DNA of 63,002 nucleotides, counting the filler, from Octopus bimaculoides (lineage: Eukaryota): the NCBI RefSeq assembly GCF_001194135.2. It is 8 parts of 7 records of this genome, joined end to end, with 100 filler letters (N's around TTAATTAATTAA, not from the genome) between each part and the next. Parts side by side here need not be neighbours in the genome. Positions count along the whole stretch, not along the records: positions 37,323 to 41,940 come from NC_069008.1; positions 42,041 to 57,236 come from NC_068984.1; 6 more parts are not named here. One strand, written 5' to 3'. Every line of letters begins with the position of its first letter. Within the stretch, counting starts at the first letter, position 1. The translations under genes were made by a program, and so were the position numbers. Of the stretch, positions 37,644-51,374 are shown in pieces. Under the pieces are notes generated by a model that saw nothing but the letters and a program-made list of their open reading frames with translations, searched no databases and was not told the origin of the DNA.

Positions 37644-40221
37644 CCCTTTCATTACCAAACTGCCTAAAGACGCCTGAAAAATATTTTGGTTCATGTGACG
37701 AAGCCGCCCAAAACCACCCATATTCATATTTAAATGAGAATATCAGAGCAAATCTCGTTAGTACATTCGTGAAAATACATGATTATACTGCGTAAACAAT
37801 TGAGCTACAATTTTGGACAATGGTTGATGTGTTATTTTAATTCTGTGAATTTTGGGAGATTTTTTTCCAAATCTCTTCCTGTTGTGTTTTGAAAATTTGT
37901 AATTCTGATATAAAATGGATACGAATTTCATTCTGTCAAGCAGCAAGTCAGAATTTCCACTNNNNNNNNNNNNNNNNNNNNNNNNNNNNNNNNNNNNNNN
38001 NNNNNNNNNNNNNNNAAAAAAAAAAAAAAAAAGAAGCATGTGGTATTTGATAATGAATCTGATGTTTCATTTTCCAAAAATGAAAGCAGTGAATCCAAGA
38101 ACTCTGACGACAGCGATAAAAAAAAAATGAATTGGCACCTGAATGGAGTGAAAAATTAAAAACTGTTTCTTTCAGTGGTTTTTCTGAAGAAACTGGACCA
38201 AGTCACAGTCTTTCCCAGGAGAACAAAGCTTTGGACTATTTCTTTTTACCTTTTTCCGATGTACCTATTTGAATTGGTTACGGCAGAAACAAACCGTTAC
38301 GTTGAAAGTAAACAAAGTGTAAAAAAAAGATAGTTTGTGGTTTCCCACAAGCTTAAATGAAATGAAGGCATATTTTGCCATAAATATTATTATGGGCATT
38401 AGAAAGCTACCCAGAATGACAAATTACTGGAGTAGTGATGAATCCTTTGGAGACAAATATGTCTCGAGTATAATGATGAACTGGTTTTCAAAATTAACTC
38501 AATATCTATATATAAGAGACACGAGCAGTACACCAGTACATGCAGAACCAGACTTTGATCCCTTATTTGAAATAAGACCCCTCATTGACTGTGTTCAAAA
38601 CACACATAAAACAGTTTACAAACCAGGGAGATATTTATCTATTGATGAGGGCATGGTGGGCTATAAAAGCCGAGTGCGTTTTCGACAATATATGCCAGGA
38701 AAGCCCACAAAATGGGGGATCAAAGTTTGGAAGGTTTGTGAATCAAATACTGGGTGCTGCTCTGGATTTTAATTTTATACTGGCAAAAGAGATAATTATG
38801 TAAGTCAGCATGGCCTAGGGTATGATGTGGTCTGGAATTTATCACTTCTATACAATAACCAGGGCCATATATTATTTCTTGACTGATTTTTCAGTTTGGT
38901 CAAACTTGCGGAGAATTTAGATACTGTGGCAACACATTCATGTGCTGCAGTGGTCGCTAGTAGAAAAGGACTGCCGTTGGATATAAAAAAAAGCAAAATT
39001 AAAAACAGAAAGGTGAAATAATTCAACGGCAGAAAGGAAATTTGCTAGTGATGGCATACAGAGATAAGAGGCTGATCAATATTCTGTCTACTTGTGCATG
39101 GCCACATGTGGATGAAAATGGCACGCCATTTGTGAACCTTGATTATAGCAGGTACATGGGTGGTGTAGATCGGCTGACTCAGATGATGTCTTATTATCCA
39201 GTTCGCAGACCGGGGAATAAATGGTGGCAATACCTGGTTTGGTATATAGTAATTATGAGTATTACTGATGTGTTTATACTATATATCGACTCGAAAGTGA
39301 TGCAACCATCTGCAGCTCCGAGCAGATATAGCAACACAATTCAGAGCTGGTTATTCCTCAAAAAGAGAAAAATAAATAACTGTAGGGAGAAAAAGCAAAG
39401 CCTGCCAGAGGGATGTCCCTCTGAATTCAGCCGATCTCCATAAATTAGAAAAAAAATTGAAGGTTGCAAAAAGCAGTGTTGTGAATCCCTTCATCAAAAG
39501 ATGAAAGCTCCTAGTGAAAGGGCTGTTGAAACACCTTTCCAATGTGCATTCTGTAAGGTTGCATTGTGTAGAGCAATTGTTTGATTTGTATATATGTGTG
39601 ATTTGATTTTATAAATATTTTCAAATTTACTTCGTTTTTATTTTTCTTTATGCGTAATTTTAATTTACCTTGTAAGGTGAGTGACGAATTTTGATTCATT
39701 TCTTTGTAAATCATTATTGTATATTTCTGTGTATCTATGTATGTGGCAGAGCTTATTTAATCTAGTTGATGGTGTGTGTGTAGTTTGTTTTCTAGTTTTC
39801 TTCACAGACAAATTCCAGTCTTTCGTTTTACTTATTCCTTTATGGTACACCTGCCTTTTGTGTGTTTAAATTCACCTGATGAATCCAGTAATGTGCACAA
39901 CTCTTCTGTAGTAAAATTTTGTTGTATTCCCAATTGAATATTTGCTAATAACCCATTTTCTATAGTGATGTTTGAACAAAAATTTAAATAATTTTATATT
40001 TTGTTGGATTTACCTGTAATTAGTCACTTTGAGACAAAAATTATGGAATAGAATTGGTTGAGAATCTTTCATTAAATTATCTTCCAAAAATCACATTAAT
40101 ATGTTTATAAATGAAAAAGTTAGAGTTGTTTAATGAAACCAGACTAAATTTATGATTATGTTAGAAATTAATTGAAACACATAAGGGGTGTATTTTAGTT
40201 AGAAAAACGGTAACGAAAGGG
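37644..40221 (+). mobile_element. Decayed piggyBac DNA transposon with both terminal inverted repeats
   Basis: Left TIR CCCTTTCATTACC (37644) and right TIR GGTAACGAAAGGG (ends 40221) enclose piggyBac transposase remnants. Confidence 0.85.
38180..39590 (+). pseudogene. piggyBac (PGBD4-like) transposase pseudogene
   Basis: Motifs across frames: ELVTAETNRY; LSIDEGMVGYKSRVRFRQYMPGKPTKWGIKVW; FYTGK; HILFLD*FF; YSRYMGGVDR; C-terminal ETPFQCAFCKVALC. The three catalytic Asp positions are recognisable, but there are several frameshifts and stops. Confidence 0.9.
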
Positions 40222-40222
40222 T

Positions 40223-40422
40223 ACTGCACACAAGTATGTTTATGCAGCAGAGAAGCCATATTGTGATATTTGTGGAAAATCATTCAATGATAATCATCAT
40301 TTAAGTAGGCACAAACGTATTCATATGGGAAAGAAAACCATATCATTGTGATATCTGTTGGAAGTGATTTACTGAAAACAAATTACTTAATGAAGCACAA
40401 ACATATTCATGCAGGGGAGAAA
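40223..40422 (+). pseudogene. C2H2 zinc-finger array relic (about 2.5 fingers)
   Basis: [37 protein letters not shown], then after a frameshift [14 protein letters not shown] and YLMKHKHIHAGEK. Contains a stop and frameshifts. Confidence 0.85.
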
Positions 40423-41042
40423 GGAGAAATACACACACAATTAAAAAGGTTTCTATCCCAGCTGTTTCCTATTGAAGCGTATCTGCTTATTCTATCAGTA
40501 CTATTAGTATATATCCATTATTACTGTTGTATATAACAATTCTTGTTAACAGCATGAAAATGACAGAGAATTAAAATACTTCCAGACGACTCTAAATCAG
40601 TTAGACTGAAACAATGAAAGACTTAAAACCATGTTACTCTATGCTATAAGGTTGGTGTCAAGAAAAGTTAACAAACTGTAAACGACTCTTTAAAAAACGA
40701 AGTCACATTGAATTGTTACTATCGGTAAAACCTACAAAGCTAACCAGAATTTTGGTGGAGGTTAAAATGCCTGTTGTTATGAATTGTCACATTTACACAG
40801 TTACGTTTCCTCCCATGTGAATATAAACATATCTAGTTAAAATATCATTTTGCGAGAATGATTTACTGCAGATATCACCGTTCGGTAAAATAATTTGGGC
40901 CAAGATGGTAAAGAACACCACAATTAAGAAAGGACTGGAAGGGTATGGTGGGTAGCGGCGTATATCAGCATTCGTTAGAATGGTCAATACAGTTCGATAT
41001 AAACTACTCCTATAGACATACGCAAATCAATATGACGATATA

Positions 41043-41410
41043 TGTTGGCACTCCGTCGCTTACGACGTCGAGGGTTCCAGTTGATCCGATCAACGGAACA
41101 GCCTGCTCGTGAAATTAACGTGCAAGTGGCTGAGCACTCCACAGACACGTGTACCCTTAACGTAGTTCTCAGGGAGATTCAGCGTGAGACAGTGTGACAA
41201 GGTTGACCCTTTGAATTACGGGCACAACAGAAACAGGAAGTAAGAGTGAGAGAAAGTTGTGGTGGAAGAGTACAGCAGGGTTCGCCACCATCCCCTGCCG
41301 GAGCCTTGTGGAGCTTTAGGTGTTTTCACTCAATAAACACTCACAACACCCGGTCTGGGAATCGAAACCGCGAGTCCGCTGCCCTAACCACTGGGCCACT
41401 GCGCCTCCAC
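41043..41410 (-). mobile_element. tRNA-headed SINE, full-length copy
   Basis: Minus strand begins gtggaggcgcagtggcccagtggttagggcagcggactcgcggtttcgattcccag, with A-box-like and B-box-like motifs. A second copy lies at 46847-47080. Confidence 0.75.
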
Positions 41411-41671
41411 AGGACGATATATAAAGGGAGAGAATTAGACGATATATATAAAGGGAGAGGAAAGTAGATACGCATGCGCATTGAACGTACTTCCCAAGTC
41501 CTGTTGATATTTGTTTAAATGTCTTGTGCATTAAGCAATTAATAAAACATTTATAATAGTTATAATGTATTTCTCAACTACCAGATACACACATATATAG
41601 CAACTCTATCCTTTATGAAACATTCCAGTAAGTATTAAACAATGAAAATATTCAATGTTTTTAATTCCGTA

Positions 41672-41750
41672 TTTGTTTTGGTGGCTGCGTGTTAAACTAG
41701 ATATTAACCCCATGTTAATATCTAGTTTAACACCCGGCCACCAAAACAAA
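41672..41750. repeat. Near-perfect hairpin with 37 bp arms and 5 nt loop
   Basis: tttgttttggtggctgcgtgttaaactagatattaac-cccat-gttaatatctagtttaacacccggccaccaaaacaaa, 2 mismatches. Confidence 0.9.
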
Positions 41751-43529
41751 ACAAAAGTACAAAAAAAAATCTGTTATACGTACGAAAAAAATTTGTAATC
41801 AGCGAATCTGAAAACCAAAATTTGTGCTAACGAACCGAGAGGGCTTTCGGAAAATTCACTGGATCCGATCTTTTCCCTCACAGCTTTCAAGGAAATGTAT
41901 ATTTATTAATGAAATTTTATATGAATGCCTTTCCAGTGACNNNNNNNNNNNNNNNNNNNNNNNNNNNNNNNNNNNNNNNNNNNNTTAATTAATTAANNNN
42001 NNNNNNNNNNNNNNNNNNNNNNNNNNNNNNNNNNNNNNNNATATATATATATATATATATACGACGATTTTTTTTTTTTTAGTTTGCCTTTATCAAGTCC
42101 AAATACAAGGCTTAGTCGGCCCAAGGCTATAGTAGAAGACACTAGCAGAAAACTGGACCTGGAACCACGTGGTTGAGAAGCAAATTTTTTACCACATACC
42201 CACGCTTGCTTTCTAAAAAAGATTTAACTAATGGAGAGAGTATGTTTGATCCCTTCTTAAGACCTGAATTCAGTCATGTGAACCAAGAGTTTTCCCGACT
42301 ATTTCACACATAGAGCGAAAAGAAGAAACCGGAAATGTTTGTGTCTCTGTGATTAAAAGGTAAAGTTGTCATCCATTCGTTCATGTCAATGCTTCAAAAT
42401 TTAATTTTGAATATTTAAAGTTTTGAATATTTAAAGAAAGGTTACGTAAAAAAGTAAACTAGCACCTAAATTATCCTTTAGCATAAAGCTTCGATTCATT
42501 TAAAAAGATTATATCCCAATAGAATTTCTCATGCCTTCAGTCACCCCTAGGATGGCAAAAGGGTCAATCAGTTCAGTTTTCTCTCTACTTTGCCCAACTT
42601 TAAAACAGATAAGAAGAATATTATCATTCTCGGAAAAGAGAAACCAAAGCTTAAGCTGAAAATCAAAACCGAAGTCAGAAGCAAGGAATGTCGTCGTTAT
42701 TTTGATTGAAAGTATTATGAATAGTCTGAGTGAATGACTCATTGTGAAGAAATTTTTTCTGTTTCCTCACATTTTCTCAGTTTTGAAGTGATATAGAATA
42801 CGAATATCACTTTCAAGTGATATTCAAAACAAAATTATTTAATTATACAGCTGTTACAAGTGAAGGTATAATTAAACCAGTGATCGAAAAAAAAAACCCC
42901 CAGCATTTGTTGCTGTTATATTTGGTAAGACTACAGGCCTTCGAATGAAATCTTAACTGTCACGTTTTGCGATTTGTTGATGAGCAGGAAAGGCGTCAAG
43001 AAAGCTTTAGGAGATTAGTCGATGTCTGTAAAGACAGAAAAGTTGCATCACCGAGAGAAATTGTACATTGTTGTACACATTCATTTAATTTGGTATTCTT
43101 TCAATCAGCTTTAAGAGTTTGTGAATGTCGAATTTTCTTCCAAACTTTAAAAACAATTTCGATTTTTTCCTGAAAGTCGACGGCTTGAATAGCCCCTACT
43201 GGATGAAATCGTCGGAAGGTGATTTCCAAAGTTATATGTACGTTTGTCGTGTCTTACAAAATGGTTCATCGTAGGGTGGAAACTATTTTTATTTTCAAAC
43301 TCTCCATATCTCAAAGCGTATATAATACTACACTTTCCACGGAAAACAGTGGAGGGTAGAACACTCGGACCCCCCCCGCCACCACCACCACCACCACCAC
43401 ACGCACACCTCAGGGGTGAACTGCATGCCTTAGTTTTCTAGTCACCCTTCGCCATTGCTATACGCATACACGTGTATATGATGCATCTATGCGTACGTGG
43501 CAGTGACAGTGTCTGTTCAGCTAAATCTT

Positions 43530-43581
<52 letters not shown>

Positions 43582-45039
43582 TGCATGTCTATCTGTCTGC
43601 CTTTCTATTTATATCTACCAAATTTCACTTACATGGATTGGACAAGCGGAGATAACATTAGAATAGAAGACGCTCTCCCAAGGTGTCGTACAGAACTCTA
43701 TGTTTGCGATGTGAATTTAACATATAACCACGTGACTATAAGGTAAAAAGTTCACCTACCTTTGTGATAGCTATCTTCTCAAGCTGATAACTAACATACT
43801 ATTTCACTGAATCCTTATAGTTTTCAAAAAAAAAAAATTAGATTAAAGGGAAATTGCAATTTAGTGACGGAAAAGTGTAATCTATTTTTACCTATGCTTG
43901 TATAAGATTTCACTAATTGGTTTGGGGGGATTTCTCCACGCAGTAAATTTAAAATATTGGCTTCTTTTAACAAGACGCGCGAGTCACAACCAGTTCACGA
44001 ATTCTATTTTCCTTGAAGCTAATTTCTTGCTAAATTCAAATTATAGGCTTTTTTTTAATAACTTAAGACAATTATTATTTTATAATGTTTATGATATACT
44101 CAGTGATATTATGGGTGTGTGTAAAAGGAGTGGAATAGTCTCAACCAAGATTCAAATTGTATCCCGGTCTTGACTTGCTGAGGGTTCATTTTATTGTTCA
44201 ATGATAGTCGCCTTAAATTCAAAATGCTTTTATTTTTCGGAAGAATTGCTTTTCACTTACATGTCAAAATTTTTCATTGAAATTTATTAAAGGAAACATA
44301 TAATTACGTGCCATATCATTTTAAAATTAAGGGCAATAAAACTATTTGAAAGACGAGTCAAAGTAATGTACAATATCAGCGGTGAACAACAAAGAGAAAT
44401 AAAGAAGTTTCTAGCATGTTGAGGTTAACAAAATAATTATGAATACCGATTGATGTAACTTTTGCTGTAGATATCATTGGAAACACTATAGTATCTTATT
44501 TCTCTTCTTCAATAATGGTTTCTGATTTACGCATAAGGCCGGCAGTTTTAAGGGATTAGTGGGTACCGTCGACTTCCATATTCGACTGATGTTTTATTTT
44601 TATCGATCCCACAGTGATGAGGGCAAGGTTGACTTCGGTGAGATTTGAACTCGGAATGTAAAATGTTTCTTCTCCATTAATAAAGAATCATAATCTGAGT
44701 ACAATGTCACTTAGTAGAGAAGAGAACATAATCGATTAGATCAACCTCAGTACTTGATTGATAGTTGATTGAACAACCCCGAAAGAATAATTAGCAATGA
44801 CGACCTCTGTGGGGTTTGAGCTATGAGCATAAAGAGGAATAACTAAGGCAATTTTCTGGACCTCTTCCGATTCACCAGTCCATCTCCCTTCGTTTTCCAG
44901 AAAGGCGCAAGAAGAGGTTCGTCGATTAAAATGACACCAGTGTGAGATTGGTATTTTATTTTATCGATCCTGCAAAGATGAAAGACAAAGTTAACCCGCA
45001 GTGGGATTTAAACTTAAACGTATGGAACCAGTTACCCTC

Positions 45040-45470
45040 CCTTTGTTAGGAGGTTGGCGTGCCAAGATTTTTCAGTTCCTCCTGTGTTGTGTCGCGTCAA
45101 TGCAATCAGCTAGACTGTTCTTTCCAGTTCATTCTTTGATATCGTCAGTTCACAGATGTCTTTGACGGCCTCTTGCAATCTTCACCTTCACAATTCCTAT
45201 CAGGTTGGTCTTGCGCAGTGACTTGTGACACATTGTATGTCCAAAATATAGCTTTTGCGGACTTGATTCTCGACAATAAGTGTCTTCGATTATTCAGCTT
45301 TTCAAGTACGGCAGTGTTTGTTACCCTGTCTTTCCAGCTTATTCTGTCCAATATGCGAGAGATGAAGATCTGAAAGGCTTTTGTTTCTCTTCCATTATTG
45401 TCTGCATTGTCCTCATTTCTGCCGCGTAGATGACATATGGCATAATATGACACTTTACTAGCTAGCCTCA
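45040..45470 (-). mobile_element. RTE (BovB-like) LINE 3' fragment
   Basis: KAFQIFISRILDRISWKDRVTNTAVLEKLNNRRHLLSRIK, followed after a frameshift by a degenerate FGHI..EG..GRxR..W.DDIKEW region. Confidence 0.75.
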
Positions 45471-46237
45471 AGTACGTGTGTGTATGTGTGTGTGTGTAAG
45501 TATGAGACGAGCTTCAACACAGTTTCCGTCTACCGAATTCACTCACAAGGTATTGATCGACTTGTGGCCTTAGTAGAAGATGCAATGCAACCAATATTTT
45601 GTTATATCTCTGGAGAGTCATTATACCAAAAATGAATACTTGCACTGGTTCTATTTCATTTCTTTTTATTACTGTTAATCAACTGGTAAAAGCGGTGAGC
45701 TGGTAGAATCGTAACCGCACCGGTCAAAATGCTTTGCGGTATTTTTTCCGGGTTTTTACGGGCTGAGTTAAAATTCTACTGAGGTCGGCTTTAACTTTCA
45801 TCCCTTCAGGGTTGATATAATATGTACCTGTCGAGCACTGAGATCGATATAATCGACTCGTCCCCCACCTTAAATTTGCAGACCAAAATTATTTAAAAAA
45901 TCATTAGTCAATTGATTAACCATTTAAACAATTAAATAATCGATTGTTTGATTAATCGTTCGTTCAATCAATTAGTCAGCTGGGCTTATTAAAGTCCTTT
46001 CGTCACCATTCGTAATAAATCAAATAATCGATAAGTTAATTAGTTAAATGCTTAACCAATTAGTTAATAATAATTTTTTTTAATCATGAAACAGAACCAG
46101 TGCGTATGTTTATTAGCACAATGAACCTCCCGAAATACGAGCAAATCTGCTTCAACACATTAGTTTACATCAAGAATTTTTCCAAACCAAATACAAAAAC
46201 GAAATATTCTAAGCTGTTAATACTATTGCAGACCCAA

Positions 46238-46448
46238 GGCGGCGAGCTGGCAGAATCGTTAGCACGCCGGGAAAAATGCTTAGCGGCATTTCTTCTGTCT
46301 TCACATTCCGAGTTCGAATTCCGCCGTAATCGACTTTGCTTTTCATCTTTTTGGAGTCAATAAAATAAGTATCAGTTGAACACTGGGGTCAATGTAATCG
46401 ACTTACTCCTACCCCGAAATTACAGTCCTTGTGCCGAAAATTGAAACC
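46238..46448 (+). mobile_element. tRNA-derived SINE family A (other copies or fragments at about 11860, 12410, 12720, 28677, 44520-45030, 45692, 50995, 52845, 59030, 61596)
   Basis: Head ggcggcgagctggcagaatcgttagc..gagttcgaattcc and shared core ctttcatcctttcggggtcgataaaataagtaccagtt..cactggggtcgatgtaatcgact, repeated many times in both orientations. Confidence 0.8.
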
Positions 46449-46846
46449 GATACAATTACAGATAAAATTATTTCGGAAACCAAAACCTCATTTTCTACTT
46501 TACTCGACATATTTTTATACAACTGAACAGCGTCNNNNNNNNNNNNNNNNNNNNNNNNNNNNNNNNNNNNNNNNNNNNNNNNNNNNNNNNNNNNNNNNNN
46601 NNNNNNNNNNNNNNNNNNNNNNNNNNNNNNNNNNNNNNNNNNNNNNNNNNNNNNNNNNNNNNNNNNNNNNNNNNNNNNNNNNNNNNNNNNNNNNNNNNNN
46701 NNNNNNNNNNNNNNNNNNNNNNNNNNNNNNNNNNNNNNNNNNNNNNNNNNNNNNNNNNNNNNNNNNNNNNNNNNNNNNNNNNNNNNNNNNNNNNNNNNNN
46801 NNNNNNNNNNNNNNNNNNNNNNNNNNNNNNNNNNNNNNNNNNNNNG

Positions 46847-47080
46847 GTGGCGAACCCTGCTGTACACTTTCACCACAACTTTCTCTCACTCTTTCTTCCT
46901 GTTTCTGTTACGCCTGTAATTCAAAGGGTCAGCCTTGTCACACTGTGTCACGCTGAATATCGCCGAGAACTACGTTAAGGGTACACGTGTCTGTGGAGTG
47001 CTCAGCCACTTGCACGTTAATTTCACGAGCAGGCTGTTCCGTTGATCGGATCAACTAGAACCCTCGACGGAGTGCCAACA
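46847..47080 (+). mobile_element. Second copy (3' part) of the SINE at 41043-41410, inverted relative to it
   Basis: Reverse complement of about 41045-41290; the head is lost in an N-gap. Confidence 0.8.
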
Positions 47081-47349
47081 ACAACAACATGTTACACGTG
47101 CATGAACGTTAAAATAGAAAACAAACATGGGTGCAGGCATGGCTGTGGTGTTAAGAAGCTCGCTTTGTAACTACGAGGTTTCGAGTTCAGTGTCATTGTA
47201 CGGCACCTTATGACATAGCGTGAAAGCGCGTGGCCTGCCCGCCAAGTCATATAGTAATGAGCTAAATCTAGACACAACTAATGACACACAAACTCCTAAC
47301 TCTGCGTTTCAGATCCATAGCAAGTTCTTTGCATATAATAATCTCCATA

Positions 47350-47510
47350 GGCGTAGGAGTGGTTGTGTGGTAAGTAGCTTGCTTACCAACCACATGGTTC
47401 GAGGTCCATTCCCACTGCGTGGCACCTTGGCCAAGTGTCTTCTACTATAGCCTCGGGCCGACCAAAGCCTTGTGAGTGGATTTGGTAGACGAAAACTGAA
47501 AGAAGCCCGT

Positions 47511-47541
<31 letters not shown>

Positions 47542-47915
47542 NNNNNNNNNNNNNNNNNNNNNNNNNNNNNNNNNNNNNNNNNNNNNNNNNNNNNNNNNNN
47601 NNNNNNNNNNNNNNNNNNNNNNNNNNNNNNNNNNNNNNNNNNNNNNNNNNNNNNNNNNNNNNNNNNNNNNNNNNNNNNNNNNNNNNNNNNNNNNNNNNNN
47701 NNNNNNNNNNNNNNNNNNNNNNNNNNNNNNNNNNNNNNNNNNNNNNNNNNNNNNNNNNNNNNNNNNNNNNNNNNNNNNNNNNNNNNNNNNNNNNNNNNNN
47801 NNNNNAATAAGTACTAGGTATCCAGAGAATAAGTCCTGGGGTCGATTTGCTCGACTAAAGGCGGTGCTCCAGCATGGCCGCAATCAAATGACTGAAACAA
47901 GTTAAAGAGTAAAGA
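47350..47915 (+). mobile_element. Composite SINE family B with internal microsatellite (other copies or fragments at about 4560, 15810, 27395, 29270, 29980-30460, 30975, 33170-33560, 34350, 42080, 51870-52250, 57385, 61300)
   Basis: Head ggcgtaggagtggttgtgtggtaagtagcttgcttaccaaccacatggttc..ggatttggtagacg.aaactgaaagaagccc, then (AT)n, then tail gaataagtcctggggtcgatttgctcgactaaaggcggtgctccagcatggccgca.tcaaatgactgaaacaagt. Confidence 0.8.
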
Positions 47916-47999
47916 GAGAGTATACATGTAAAAATATATAAAGACACAAACAAACGTGTGTGTGTGCGTATATATGTATGCGTGTGTGTGTGTGTGTGC

Positions 48000-48058
<59 letters not shown>

Positions 48059-49099
48059 TGTGTGTGGTACTAAACAAATAGAATACAAATCATGAAATTC
48101 ATAACCTACATGATTCATTAACTGTAATCATAGTTTGAACATAATATTTGCTGCTACTTCAAAGACTTAACTGGAGCATATATTAACTATTAACACACAA
48201 GGGAAAATATGCATCAGAATTTAATAAATTGCCCATGTTTGTTATAGTATTAATGAAACTGATAAATTTATATGACTAAAAACCATTCACTTATTAATAT
48301 TTTAATATCAACTTATGTCAAGATTGCAAGTTATTATTTTCATTTTCCCTATCACCTCTGTAGTTTATCTAAGTCACTTTTTACATATTTAAAATTTTAT
48401 TTTATTTCTATATTAGAAATTTCAATATTTGCTCTTCAGTTTTTCTTTTTGTTTTTTTGTTTTGTTTTTTGTTTTTTTTTAGTTATTTTTGCATCATTTT
48501 ACACGTCAAAGGTTCGGATCAAATAAAGTATTACTTCAAAACAAACAAAAGAAAAATAATGATAATAAATTTTTTAAATTGTGGAGAATTAATTTCAAGA
48601 ATATATTTTAAGGGATCTAGAGGTGGTGATGTAGCTAAAGGTGTTAATTTGGGATTGAACTATCTGTTCATGAGTATGGATGGCGAAAATAGGTATAATA
48701 CATAATTCGAATTTACTTGAGCTTAACTGGCATTTATTAAGGTGGAGATTTGTCTCTCATCTGTTTCCAGCCAAGAAGTTTTCAGCTGACCCTCGGTTCA
48801 TTAAAAGATCTATTTAGTTAAAGGAGACATATAGCTTACTATTATTGTTGATGATGATGTTGTTGTTGTTGCTGTTGTTGTCATTTAACTCACGTGTTGA
48901 TTATGAATGACCAGACCTGTGGACAAAGGTATTGAAGTAAGTATTACTCTGTCTTACTTTCAAAATGCATTCCCCACTTATCTGCTAACCCTCCACCCTA
49001 CACGCTTTCCGCCAACTCCTATCCGACCCTTTCAACTCCCACCTCTTTCCCCCCACCCCTCAACTTCTTCAAGTGCGCCTGCAACCTACGCGACTTACC

Positions 49100-49540
49100 G
49101 GTCCGTAGCTTTTGACCCTTCCTGGCACTCAGCCTGGCTCCTTCCCATGCTCTCGTCCATGCTGCCATACTTGTCTCTTCCCCTCCAACATCACCGTTCT
49201 CATCGATACCCACTGTCGCCACTATCACATCACCGACTCATTCACTTGTATCTGTAATAATTTGATTTACGGCATCTTTATGCCAATCCCTGTTCATTGG
49301 ACAAACTGGTCAGCACCTAGCTGACCGTTTTGCCGAACGCCCACTGGACAGCAGACTTAGCAACCACAATCCGGTCTCGTGCCATTTCTACTCGACTGGT
49401 CATTGCCTAGTACATCTGCGTTCGAACTAGTCTTGCACAGTGACCACCCGGAGTCCCGCCTCCGTCAGATGCTAGAATTAAATTTTTCTCTGCATATTTT
49501 TGCTCCTCACGGTCTAAATTCTCCGCCCCTCTTCATTTAA
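49100..49540 (+). mobile_element. Penelope-like element GIY-YIG endonuclease fragment
   Basis: PGSFPCSRPCCHTC..HYHITDSFTCICNNLIYGI, then LFIGQTGQHLADRFAE..PVSCHF..GH..APHGLN. Frameshifted. Confidence 0.8.
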
Positions 49541-51262
49541 ACACCTACTCCACACACATTTACATACGCTGTACATCTCTTACCTTCCTACTAACCCCTC
49601 AACTTCTCCCCATACACACCTACTCTACACCATTCAACTTATTACCCAACACCACGCTTTCATTTGAGACACACACACACACACTCCTTCCTGCTCCATA
49701 TACAAACACACACACACATATACATATACTCTTTCCTATTACACGCACACACTAGTACCAACACTTCCCGAGACCTGCCACTTTTGTCACCTTTATTCCA
49801 CTAACACCTCGATCAAGTGTGACACTTAACGTCCACCTAGCACACACACATACGTCTGATAGCATCATGCACACATATACACACACCCATTTAAACGTAT
49901 ACACACGCGCAAACACGAAATATGCATGCACCATACTTTATCTGACAGCCTCATACGTACACATAACAACTGAAACTGGGACATACATACACTCAAACAA
50001 ATATATTCACAAACGCATAAACACACGCACAATATACACGTACTCAAAAGCGTCATACACACACGTGTATACATACACATATGTCTAAAAGCCTTCAACG
50101 CACACAAACAGAAATAAGATCATACACACATACACTCACACAAGCGCTAAATGCACATAGTAGCTTCATATACTCGCGTGCGCTTGCACATACACGCATG
50201 ATAGCTTCATACACACACACGTATACACATATGTCAGATAATCTCACACACATATACACATGCTCGTACACACACATAAGCACCGAATACACAGGTACAT
50301 TACTTCCTAAATATACCCGTATTTGTTCGTAACACACACGCTCATCCACACATATACACACGTACACACTAACTTTATACACACACATGTACTTGATCAC
50401 ATACATACGCATGCACGTGCCCAAACTCAAATACACACACACATACACACGTGCTTGGTCACACATACACACATATGTCAGGTCACTGTTGTTTTCCTTG
50501 CTATCCACGCTTCAATACCATTTCTTCTTCTTCCGATCATATATGCATGATGTGGCCCTCTCATCGAGACACGCTTCTTCTTTTCTCAGTATTTTTCTCT
50601 CTCCTCATCAATCCTTTCCATAGAAGAGCGTTGGTTCGAAACGTTAAATACTTCTTACACTTATCCTGAGTGTCACAACTCAATGCACACTTTGTTTTTT
50701 CTACCTTATCTCAGCAGTTTTTTTTTTCTTTGTGCTTTATCTAATATGCCCTTGTTAAGGTTGTCGATAATATTATAAGGGAGATTTGGCTGCTATATTT
50801 TGTAGATTCAGCCACTAGATAGAGAGTTTCCCTCGCTGGCTTGTAGTCATTTATTTTATCCGGTTGGATAGCACCCAAGTATAGAAACTAACGGGATGAA
50901 TCCATTCCTTCTCTCTGGTTTCGATTGTCACTCTTGACTTTCAGACAGATAAAAATACTCACCTATTGATGGTTATCTCTCGTTATTACACATCCAGAAG
51001 GCGATAAGCAGGTAGAATCGTTGGCACGTCGGACAAAATGCTTAGCGGCATTTCGTCCTTACCGTCTGAGTTCAAATTCCGCCGAAGTTGACAGCGCTAT
51101 TCATCCTCTTAGAGTTGATAAAATAAGTACCAGTTGAGCACATGGCGTCCATGTAAATCAACTAGCCCTCTCTTCTAAAAAAATAAAAATCAGTCTAATG
51201 CCTATAGTAGAGAGTAAACAACTTTGTATATACATCACATCTGTATGTATGTGCGCGTGTTT

Positions 51263-51374
<112 letters not shown>

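Noticed and set aside
41360-41410. tRNA-like sequence
   Set aside because: SINE head with A/B boxes but no complete cloverleaf; not a tRNA gene. The same applies to the other SINE heads.
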